A stretch of 64,000 bases of DNA from Alloascoidea hylecoeti (taxonomy: Eukaryota). Made by a program: the position numbers and the translations under genes. The stretch is from assembly GCA_001600815.1 (NCBI GenBank), contig BCKZ01000004.1:62001-126000 (forward strand), written 5' to 3'. How positions within the stretch are numbered: the stretch's first letter is position 1; the number at the start of each line of letters is the position of its first letter. The notes below the pieces were generated by a model. It searched no databases. It saw only the letters and a list, made by a program, of their open reading frames with translations, and was not told the DNA's origin. Positions 23,097 through 33,770 of the stretch are shown one piece after another.

Positions 23097-25056
23097 ATAT
23101 TATCAAAAACTAGAATACTCATATTGATTTTTTCATTGCTTTACTGTTAACGTTTATTAACTGATTATGAATATTGTATTTGCTATTATACTATTGTTTA
23201 ATTTTTTTTTTCTTTGTTTTTTTTTTCTTTGTTTTTTTTTTTTCTATAAATTTCTTCTAGGTTTTAGCTTGGTTTTGATTTTATTTGTTCATGTGTATCT
23301 GCTTTTTTGCTTTTTTTTTTTTCTTTTGCAAATTGATTATTTACTGCTTTGATCTTTTCTAATTCTGGATTTTTTTTCTTCATCTTACATTTTTCTTTAT
23401 AACTTTTATTATATATGGGATATAATAAACATTGGGCTAAATTATAATTATGGTGCAATTGGTCATATGCATCATTTATTTCCAGCTGGTTCTGCTAATA
23501 AAAAAAGAAGATTTTCTTTCCATACTTATTATTATATCTAGAATTATCATTATGTTTTTGTTTATTTTCATGAATAGATTTTTATTAATGAGTGTTTTTG
23601 TTTTCTCGTAAGGAGATTATTATTATATTCTTACTTATTAATTTTTGTTTCAATATCTTAATTGTTATTTAAATTACTATAATAAAATTATAACTATTTA
23701 TGCTATTAACAGGTATTTCTTTATATAGTTATTCCACCGAATTTTGGCCACCCACTCATCAATTAAAGATTTCTATAGCAGAATATAAACTATACTACCG
23801 GTATAGGCTCAAGCTGTATTCCTATAAGACCTTAGGTGTAGTAAGGATTCCTTCCAATGCGACGCGTGAAATTTAACTTCTTTTTGATGTGGAGTGCTCA
23901 CTGCTCAGTGACTCATGGATACAAAAAGAAAAAGTATACTACAGTCTAAGGAATTCCCCTTCTCTATAGATTAGAATCCAGGATCTTTAGATTTTAGAAC
24001 GCCGTCCTCCCGTGTCAATATAGCCATTGTTCTCATATAACCTTATCCTTTGATTTAAGCTTACTTCGTCCTTGCGTCACCGTATCATCTAAGTTCAACA
24101 CTCATCACCATGCCAAAATAAACCTTAATTCAAAAGGGGGGACGATTGACGATTGATTCATCCTTTAACTAAATAATGCCGCCATGCTGAGCCGTAACGT
24201 ATCTCGTAACAAGATTGTAAAGACTTCTCCGTTCCCAGGTCTTCCTAAGGAATAGGTTGAATGCACTTTCAGTTTTTCAGGAAAATGAGATAAAAGTCAC
24301 ATTCGGGAAAAGGCAAAATGAGGCTCTGCTGTTGATATATCGGGATTCCGGGGGTTTCGGATTATTGATTCAATTATTCAGTTCTACACAGAGATATCAG
24401 GAACGATAATTGAAGATTACTTAGACAAAAAATGGGTTGGGTCCCTCCTCGAAGGACCTACCTTGAATCTGCCAATGTGATGGGTGATTCCACTCCCCTC
24501 AATGAATATTTTTATACCATAAAATGTCCAAAACTCATAGTCTCAAGATCACAGAGATGTGGTGAGGAAAAAATGGCTTGTTGCCTTTTCACAAATTGAT
24601 TATATTAGTACCTATTTGATTGTTGAATGGATCAAAAACTGCTTCCTAAAAAAAGATACAAATATAATATATAATATTACCTGCAAGAAGCATATGATAG
24701 ATTTGTGTATTTTTCCGGAGATCAAAAGTTCTTGGCGTTTCTTGGTTCTCTTCTTTGTCCAGCTGAAAATATGATAAAGTCTTCGGCAAGGGGCTTGAGT
24801 GGCGTAACAGGAATTATTACAATCGCTCCATGTATTACAGAAGATCTAGTGAATTCGAAGGAAATGGTTGAAAAAATAAAATCAATTTCAAAGGCAAAAT
24901 ACCCCATCAGTGGAGCTCCAAGAAGAGCTGGTATATACTATGGCACCTGAAGAAGACATTACCCATCTTTTCACTTGAATATCTATAAAAATACAGTGAT
25001 TATTTCCTGAATTTTTAGCAAGAAATGTGGACAGTATAAGACAGTCGGCGTCACTT

Positions 25057-25590
25057 CACTTAATTTAGGCCATTGGAAGATTAGATATTCCGCCATTATG
25101 ATAAATATATATCGGCTTGTTGATGACCTAAATATTGGGACATTTTGTCGTCAAAATCTCGGCCATATCATTAATAATATTCCATTAAATTGATGAGCTA
25201 AATTTTATATTTCGCTTTGCTGACAAAACTTCGGCCATACGAGACAATAATATTCGGCTATTCTGACCAAAATTATCAACCACTTAATGGTAGGCCATGC
25301 TGAATACCAATTTTCAGCGGTACTGTTGGATATTGGGACTTGGGCAGTCAACCAGGAGTCGTTCGGCTTTTTGGAGTAACTGATTCCAAGAGGTGGTATA
25401 ATATATATATATTTAAAATTATAATCGATTAGTTTCTGTTTTAGACTTTCAATCATACGTTATTAATGTGAAGGTGGAACATTATCAATATATGGCCTAG
25501 CAAGTGACCGATATTGTGTAGTCAACATGGCCAAATATTTGGTTTAAGATATGGGCGAAGATTAGTGAACCATGTGGCCGCAACTAAGTG
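25057..25590. repeat. Dyad-symmetric array of GGCCAT-N10/11-ATATTC motifs around an AT-rich core
   Basis: Forward copies at 25068, 25161, 25233 and 25293; inverted, more degenerate copies ending ATGGCC/ATGGGC/GTGGCC at 25497, 25532, 25556 and 25579; TA-rich centre at about 25396-25425. Confidence 0.65.
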
Positions 25591-25780
25591 GAATCTGTGT
25601 GTTTCGGTTGAGGCCCGAAACTAATTTGCCGGTGCGGTTAGCTCAGGTCATTATCTATTAGTATCGGGTAAATACCGGTAACCACCTTTCAATGAACTCG
25701 GCCACCGTTAAAGTACCGTGCGGGTACACTGGACTATTACCCGTAGCTCTACCGAAACAGGAAGATTTACAATCACATGG
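25570..25780 (-). ncRNA. Unidentified structured RNA-like segment (rod with branched head)
   Basis: Nested complementary blocks 25570-76/25774-80, 25592-96/25763-67, 25600-08/25751-59 and 25665-71/25737-43, plus hairpins. G-U wobbles are satisfied on the minus strand. Confidence 0.3.
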
Positions 25781-26310
25781 CATACAGCTGCTTTGAGGTA
25801 CATACTGTAACTCAGCTTCTACTGCGAATAAGTCTAATAAATTGCTGTTCACTTGACTCTAAAGTAATGGTTCGAATTCTAAATCCTCCACTTTCTTCTA
25901 CTTGATTGAGGCGTTATAATAAAAACGTAATAATAATCTATTGAAGTGTGTAGATATTCTAAATAAATAGATATCACTACTATCTTACCAAATTATATAA
26001 AGACCATATACATGTATATTCATATTAATTTACAATTATAGACGTTTTTTATAGTTTATTAAGTTAATTTGTAATCAATTAATTTGTAATCAATTGTTAT
26101 TCCAATTGCAAATTGGCTACAATCTTAGATTACAATTCACCAGTGCAGATATCATTACTAATAAGAATATACACTTTCAAGATCAAATTGGACATATTTC
26201 TATATAAATCCCACTTGTTTTGCTCTTATTTTTGAGGTATTAATTTTACTTTTAACTTCAATTAAATTCATTAATTCATATATTTACCTTCAGCCTTTTA
26301 AATTCAAAAA

Positions 26311-27054
26311 ATGTCAACAGTATATTTCATTTCCGGTGCAAATAGAGGAATTGGATTCTCGCTCGTCAAACAATTATCTTCAGATTCTCAAAATATAGTT
26401 ATCGCTTCTGCAAGGAATCCCGAAAATGCTACTGAATTAAAAGATTGGTCCAAGAAACACCCTAATACTAAGATTGTCAAACTTGATATCTCGAATGAGG
26501 ATAGTATTGGAAGCTTACCGGATCAGGTCTCTAAGTTCACAAATGGAATTGATGTTTTGATCTCAAATGCTGGTATCATTGATGAAAAAAATAGAACATT
26601 ACTAGAAACACCAACTTCCGCTTTTCAAAGATTATATACAACCAATTCAATCGGACCAGTTTTACTTGTTGGAGCACTCAATCCATTCTTATCCAAAAAG
26701 GAATCACCTAAAACTATTTTTATTTCTAGTATTGCTGGTTCTATTGGTGGATTTGATTTTGATGCATTTGGTGCATATGGAGCATCCAAAGCGGCACTCA
26801 ACTATTATATGAAGACACTATCTCTAGGATCGAAGAACCATACCTTTGTTTCCATCCATCCTGGTGTTGTTTCTAGTGATATGGGGAAAGAAGCGTTTAG
26901 ACAAATGGAAGGTGCCTTTGATCCTTCTTCTATGGGAATGAAAATTATAACTCCCGATGAATCGGCCTCTGCGATGTTGAAAGTTATCAAGGAACTTGGC
27001 ATCGAAGATTCAGGATCATTTTTGGATTATGAAGGAGGACATATACCATTTTAA
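26311..27054 (+). CDS. Short-chain dehydrogenase/reductase (carbonyl reductase / CsgA-sniffer-like)
   Basis: ISGANRGIG Rossmann motif, NAG, SSIAGS, catalytic YGASK, IHPG.V.SDMG, ITPDESA, SGSFLDYEG..IPF. Confidence 0.93.
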   Translation: MSTVYFISGANRGIGFSLVKQLSSDSQNIVIASARNPENATELKDWSKKHPNTKIVKLDISNEDSIGSLPDQVSKFTNGIDVLISNAGIIDEKNRTLLETPTSAFQRLYTTNSIGPVLLVGALNPFLSKKESPKTIFISSIAGSIGGFDFDAFGAYGASKAALNYYMKTLSLGSKNHTFVSIHPGVVSSDMGKEAFRQMEGAFDPSSMGMKIITPDESASAMLKVIKELGIEDSGSFLDYEGGHIPF

Positions 27055-28072
27055 TATTAGTTTAACTATACTCTAAATTGTGAATTTATAGGTTCTATGA
27101 TTTATAAACGTTTCTTGATGAAGTTAGTTTTAAAATTAGTTTATGATTATCAACAGAATTGTTATAATATAAGTAAGATTCACAAATAGAAAATCAGAAC
27201 TCGATATATATATTTATAGTATCTGCATTGTATCGCTATTTAAAGGAATATTGGTATTAAGAGTTTACCCTAACTTTATAATAATCTTTGATACTTTCAC
27301 CTAACACTGCAGACTTGAGAGAACAGAAACAATATGTTACAGGAGTCTTAAGCTTACAATTATATATTACAATGTATAAGACGTTATGTCTACCATATTC
27401 TCACCCTTGATGATCTATATTTTATCTGTTTATTACATTTTTTTAATTTAGAATAATTCTTAATATCTTCCTTGTTTAAACATAAAAATAAGTCATGTAT
27501 TACTTACAATTTTATTGAAATTCATTTTAACTGAGTGTCTATTGAGAATACATCTATAAATTGTTTTTCGCTTGACAGCCATGTATGTAAAATGTCAATT
27601 AGCCAGTAAGCCCATAATGAATATTAGAACGTTATTCATTTTTTCTTTGTCTACCAAAGATTTTCTCTCATTGAAAATGACAACTATCTCAGATTGTACA
27701 TAGCATATCATGTATTTCATCAGTTCTGACAGACATTCGTGGTTCAAATTTTACTATGCCATTTCTAATTCCACAATCAAGATTAGATTTAATTTGAAAA
27801 ATGGAAAAAGAACGATTTACAAAATTACCCAATAGCGACAGATACTTTTATTATTATGTAGGCCTATAATAATGTCACCACTCAATATTGCAGAACTATA
27901 AGTTATATGAGTCCAAATTGTATTAACGTTGTGGTTATCCATTACTAGAACTCCTTGTCAGATAAACATACAAATTCGTACACGATATAATTATGAAGAG
28001 TAACAACTAATATTATAGGTCAGATATATATATAATAAGCACAATTATTTTATATTTTATTTACGATTGCAA

Positions 28073-29086
28073 TTATGAAATAACACTTGCAACCTTATCT
28101 TTGATTTTCTCGCCCAAACCTTTTGATGTTTCCAAAGTTGGGACACTAACACCTGCAACTTTTTCTTTTATTTTCTTTCCTAGTCCTTTTGGAATAGGCG
28201 TTTCGAAAGTTGGTGTATTAACACCAATAATCTTTTCTTTGATTTTTTGACCTAGACCTGGTTCAGGGGTTGCTAAAGTCGGAGCACTAGCACTATTAAT
28301 CTTATTTTTAACCTTATCGACATATGACCCAAGGTCTATGTTATTAAGTGGATCATCCCAAAAACTATTTTTTTGAATATCCTTAGCATTAACACCTAAT
28401 GCTGAAGTGGCGGCTTCATAATTATCAGCCGCAACATCACCTGCATAACTCAAATGATCTCCAGCAACACCACCCGCATAATTCAAGTTTTCATTAACAA
28501 CAGCACCGGCAGTAGCTATTCTATCTTTTATGATATTTTTCGTTGCTTCCACGTCAATATCTTTAACCACTGAACTATGTTTGGCCTTTAAAAGCCCATA
28601 TAAGCCCCCAATTTTCTCTGAGGCAACGCTTGCAAAAGAGTTCAAAGACTTTGTTACACTATAATCTTTATTTATTTGACTAGCAGCTGAAGCTCCACTG
28701 GCAGCCGCACCTGCAATATTTTCTGTTGCAATTGAGCCATACGAAGCTCCATTAGATAAAGCAACTGAACCGTAAGAAGCCCCATTAGAAGCTGCACTTG
28801 CAATATTTTCTGTTGCAATTGAGCCATACGAAGCTCCATTAGATGTTGCAATCGAACCATACGAAGCCCCATTGGAAGCTGCAATAGCAATGTTTTCTGA
28901 AGCAATTGAACCGTAAGAGACCCCATCAGATGCTGCACTCGCAATATTTTCCGAAGCAATTGAAGCATATGAAGCAATTGTGCCCGTTAAACCTTTATCT
29001 TTCCTTAAAATCTTTTCATCAATGATTCCCTGTATTGAAGCAGAAACTGCTGTGACTAGTATGAATGAATATATTGAACTTCTCAT
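28073..29086 (-). CDS. Secreted repetitive Ala/Ser-rich protein with LEA/dehydrin-like motifs
   Basis: Signal peptide MRSSIYSFILVTAVSA; 18- and 11-aa repeats GASYGSIA(T/S)ENIA.AAS; C-terminal repeats KGLG(E/K/Q)KIK(E/D)K(V/I). Confidence 0.8.
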   Translation of the reverse strand: MRSSIYSFILVTAVSASIQGIIDEKILRKDKGLTGTIASYASIASENIASAASDGVSYGSIASENIAIAASNGASYGSIATSNGASYGSIATENIASAASNGASYGSVALSNGASYGSIATENIAGAAASGASAASQINKDYSVTKSLNSFASVASEKIGGLYGLLKAKHSSVVKDIDVEATKNIIKDRIATAGAVVNENLNYAGGVAGDHLSYAGDVAADNYEAATSALGVNAKDIQKNSFWDDPLNNIDLGSYVDKVKNKINSASAPTLATPEPGLGQKIKEKIIGVNTPTFETPIPKGLGKKIKEKVAGVSVPTLETSKGLGEKIKDKVASVIS

Positions 29087-31364
29087 CGTATTTTCACAAT
29101 TAGTATTGAAATTTATTTATGAGTTTTGAAAGAATTTTTTAAAGTGGAGGGAATTTGGTCTTATAAATATATCCCAAAATCTTGCTTCAATTGTGTCATT
29201 GTTATTGCTTAAAGCTTCGACATCATCATGCATCAGCATTACAACAGTAATAATAGAATAATTGATCTTAATTATAAACTTCACAATGAAATCTTAAAGC
29301 AATTGATAGCAAGCGGTTATATATGGGGTTGATTCATGGTGATGTAACTTCACTTTGGCTGCTTTTGAACTATTCAATCAGTCGTCATATTATCTAACTA
29401 TACAAGGTAGGATCATCATAATCTGAATGATGAATTTTATTAATCAATCTTATACCGGTTAATCTTCAAATAATTACTCTTAAATATATAATTTTATATT
29501 ATCTTAAATTGACCTAGATTTAAATATTATGAATTATAATATAGCAATACATAAAGACTGAAATGTAGAAAAATATATCGCCACCTGAATTATAAGCTTG
29601 TAAGACAATATTAATTTGCAAATATATGTCTAGGAAATTCCAATCGCTTGGGTATCTCAAATAGAGGCTTTAAAAAATGATTATTCTTTAAATTTAAATG
29701 AATGTGACATCGATCATGACATGTTCATGATGAGCTAGACTAACATTAATCCTGTGACCGCATGCATATGGTGTATTCAATAAAGCATGAATTATATTGA
29801 TATCGGTATATTTTAAATAGGATTACCTCTACACTTATAAGGCCCTATATAATTTTTCAAAAGCGAAATGGAATAATCAATTCATATAATTATAAAGAAA
29901 TCTAGGTGCGCTTTCATGAATGAGAAACACAAATTTTAAAACCGGTATGGAACGATTTTATTGTTCCACGAAATATAGGTATAACTTTAAATTGCAATAT
30001 ATATTTTAGAGAAAATTCGTAATATAAAGCAATTTTTACGATATAATTAATTAAATATTCTATATCTAATATTAATATTCTTATCAACTATAAGTTTTAA
30101 GCATATGTATTGCGATTGGCTGGCGCTTTATATCTACTATATGAATCTATGTATCGAAGTATTTATTCAAAACAACAAAGGAATGGTTACATATAATTAT
30201 AATTATATTAACGCTATATCTTGATATTATTAGCTATTAAAGGTCCTCCCACAACTAACTACATGATTTATACATTTTATAGCATAAGCTTATATCAAAT
30301 GCATCAACTTTACAAGTATCACAAGTTTTGTCATTGTACGAAAATTCCGCGGCTATGGATTAAGACAGTTATAATAGCGTTATTTTACTTTAGCTGCACC
30401 ATGGACTTGAATATACCAGGTCATATTTCCACAACATTATATTAACATACACAACTAACAAAATGATAATTTAAACAATGCTAATACATATAATTATAGT
30501 TAATAATAAGAGTAAGAGAAATAAGAGTAAGGGAAATAAAAGCTTAATAAATCAAAAATAAATGTAAAACGCCAAAATGCAACCCATGAACATGACATAT
30601 CTGGAAATAAGTAAGTATAAAAACGTTAATTGATATGATACAGCTTTCTAATTAATATTGATTTTCAATTGTTGAATACAGAAAAAAGAATAGCAGGTCG
30701 TAGTGACAGACATCATATTGGATAGAAAAATCATATAATGTAAATCAACAAGTACAAGAGAGTGTTTAAATTCATGTTTATCGCATTGGCATTAGCAAAA
30801 TAGTCATGATCATAAACAAACGTTAAAGGGATTGTAATATTTTATAAAATGATGTGTGTTGAGTAATGAGAGTAGTGTAGGATGAGAAAAGTGCAATAGG
30901 TATTGTTGATTATTTGGATCGAATATTTTGTATAATATTGCAAACATGTTGAATTTCTCCAGCCTTTAATAAAGCCATGATTTTAATATAAAAAGTTTTG
31001 AATTAAAATCCATAATTTTAGAGGATGAAAGCTACTGATTGTTTAGATTTCAGGTTTTTGTGGGAGGAGTGAACATCAATATTAATACTAATATTGAGAT
31101 TGAAGCGTAAGCATTAACTGGAGTTAAATAGATTGTTAGTGTATCATAGCAGCCCATAATCTTGATAATATTGTATGAGTTTTAGGTTCAATATCGTTGA
31201 TGAATTCAAAATTTTAAATTCCTAACTAACATTAGCGAGAGAAGACAGTCGAAGTTGTCTGTAATTAAGGCCTTATACAAATAGCGATTGGGTTTGATCC
31301 ATTTTGATTGATTTTAAATGATTTCAATTGGTTATTATAAATGGGAAAATGATACTAATATATA

Positions 31365-31580
31365 TCAGTTTTTGCAGTCACCGTATCTCATTTTCGGACA
31401 ATACGGACACATCATATGTCTACATCTCGCACAATCAAACCGTTTAGCCGGCGTTATGTTATTTGTGTCGATTACAACCCCATGAGGATTACCACAATCA
31501 CAACAGTACCACTGAATTATTTTATCGTCGCTGTATTTACAGGCTCTTCCTCCTGAGTTATGTGTAATAACCATAGACAT
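31365..31580 (-). CDS. Small Cys-rich double zinc-ribbon-like protein (71 aa)
   Basis: WYCCDCG...FDCARCRHMMCPYC Cys/His pattern; GC content above the flanks; minus-strand TATAAA about 50 bp upstream of ATG 31580. Confidence 0.75.
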   Translation of the reverse strand: MSMVITHNSGGRACKYSDDKIIQWYCCDCGNPHGVVIDTNNITPAKRFDCARCRHMMCPYCPKMRYGDCKN

Positions 31581-32456
31581 TTCCAAGTATTAGAGTAAAA
31601 AACTCAAGCAGGAGGAAAGGATTATATTTATATAAAAGGCTGTGCATGAACCTGGACCGAGAAGTCTAGAACCGAGTAACGCCGGGCGTTCGATGGGAAC
31701 TCCAGACTTGGCTAAATATAAAGCCAATATTATGCTTCTTTGAGCACAATACGTGTAGACACATAACCTATCGTATTATTATCTCCTCCCGTTTGCTCCA
31801 CCCGGAGGCTCTGGGGGGTTTTAAATACCAGAAGTGTCGATTTGAATCAGATGGAAAATGCGTTTTGTCTAAAACCGGCATCATCTTGATCTTGGTTTAA
31901 TGGCGCGGATTCATTGTGAAAGTAAATGCAAATGCCCTTCACATCTAAGCTTAAGTTTAACCTTAAGTTCAAGCCGAATTGTATCATTAATTGGCCTGTA
32001 TTGTATGGAACACTCAACTTTCTCTTCCTCTTTTTCAAGGTATAATATTGTTTATTAGCATTGAAAATCCTTTCTTTGAATAATAATGGATGGTAAACTT
32101 ATTTAAGCGCTGTGGAACAACCTTTTATGTCAATTAATCCTGAAAATTGAAATACTCCACATCCTTAAATCCGGAAAGCACCGATTTCAGACTTTAACTA
32201 AAATTAGATGAAATTGTGACAGAAAATAAACTCCTTTATCTACTTTATTACTAATTAATTGATCAAAGAATAAGTGTGAGTCAAGCTTCATTGCTAGATA
32301 AAGAATGTGACCCATCAATTTAACAACACTACCTTTCTTGAATCAAAAACAAATAGTATGTTACATCGATATCTAGATATCCATATCACAATTTCAAAAT
32401 TATTTAATTTGCACGAACTCTATATGAGTCTACCCCTTTCGAACATAACACTTTTG

Positions 32457-33661
32457 CCTGTAGATATAGCCATTAGTCTTTATTTTATTAAAAGCTTGTT
32501 TATAGTAGATGGAATTTGGGGGTTGGGCCATATCACCTAACACTTATCAGGTATTTAAGTTCTTTCAAAGGGATGAACTTGAGGGTCACGCCTCTTTAAT
32601 AGCCCGTTTCAATACAGTGGCGAATGAGAGAGAGGGAAAATAAAATCCTGGTAACCCTGTAAGAGATTGAGTTCAAAAATCCTAAATGATTTCGATAGTC
32701 TCTATTTTGAAGATAGATCACTAATAATATCATTACAACTTTCATCGTCTGGCCCTATCGGCCGTAGATTATTCATTATTAGTACCACTAGAATTATCAC
32801 TGGCGGAAGGATTCAATTTAGTTACCATATGACTTGAATCCTGCCTTTGGCCATTAGGAAAACAGAGTTTGGAGCTGGACTGTGAGCGAAGCTCGAGAGA
32901 CACAGAGTAGCCATTTTGATCCCAAAAAGGAAATAAAGGCCCGGATCCCTGTTGCTTTACTCTAACTAAAAACTGTAATCAAGAGCTTCCAGTTATGATG
33001 TAAGAGTAGTCCCAAGGCGCTCACATACCTTTCTCCAAGATGTACCCCGTAGTCTCTTTCACTACTCCACATTCTCCACAACCACCAACAATAGTAAAAA
33101 CAAAAAACCATAGCAAAAGGTCACATTGAGCACTATACTTAAACCAGAAAGATTGCAAGCGATGCCGGGTTGATCCGTCCAACTCTTGTATAAACTTATA
33201 GAATACGCGGTTGATAACTCGCATCGGCGGCTAAAGAAGTGTACCAAACCAAGCCATATAGCAAACCCCGAAGTGAGTCGGCTAATGAATGTGTCACTTT
33301 TTTATGCAAAAAAAGAAGTGCTTTTTAGTTTCTTAGGTCAATTGATTGAGCAAATATATTCAGGACATGCGAGCACCCTATATTTACTACTAAAAACAAC
33401 AACTAAGAACAATATTACGGGCTATGTAAGTGTAAATTGGGTATAACTCATAGAGTATTTAGTGAATTTATATTTTTTTGTGGTGGTTGTTTCGGTATAC
33501 ACTTATTTTTGTGCGAGACCTTCACGACTACAGGTATAAAGTTTTATAATTATAATATGAACCAATACATGTATGTAGTATCTATTTTAAATATGCCAAT
33601 ATCACTATACCTAAAAATATCAATATTTATAATTATCACTATTTTTGACTTCTGAGTATGA
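32457..33661 (+). ncRNA. Candidate telomerase RNA (TER)
   Basis: Candidate template GTAACCCTGTAA at 32651-32662; boundary helix 32548-56/32643-50; pseudoknot 33318-33409; enclosing helices 32464-71/33420-27 and 32457-63/33528-34; Sm-like ATTTTTG at 33641 followed by GTATGA at 33656; many G-U-containing stems on the plus strand; no credible ORF. Confidence 0.42.
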
Positions 33662-33770
33662 CTATATAGTAAGTAAAAGATAAACTTAAGGACATCTAGA
33701 TGTGTTGTGAGTATGTATGTAAATAACAGAACAAATATGTTTTATAAAGTGAATTTAGGGTTAACATCAA

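Noticed and set aside
23167..23458. Phe-rich and Lys-rich small ORFs
   Set aside because: Artefacts of poly-T tracts in the 3' region of the TEA gene.
23880..24950. GC-richer stretch with short ORF remnants, including an ALLLIYRDSG peptide reminiscent of a retroelement protease
   Set aside because: Multiple stops in all frames; no RT, integrase or transposase motifs and no LTR pair. May be a decayed gene but cannot be supported.
25630..25880. tRNA gene suggested by TAGCTCAG (A-box-like) and GGTTCGAATTC (B-box-like)
   Set aside because: The boxes are about 230 bp apart and there is no D-arm closure, anticodon arm or acceptor stem.
25587..25897. RNase P/MRP P4-like pairing on the minus strand (GAAAGTGGAG with ACAGATTCCACTTA)
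   Set aside because: Lacks the bulged-U geometry of P4, and no P1/P2 helices enclose it in the required order.
32755..33028. Minus-strand intron-like signals (GTATGT at 33023-28, TACTAAT near 32778)
   Set aside because: No coherent flanking exons, and stems in this region favour a plus-strand RNA. Remains an alternative to test.
33104..33125. AAACCAT resembling the snR30/U17 m2 motif
   Set aside because: No upstream m1 (ATATTCCTA) and wrong spacing to an ACA box.
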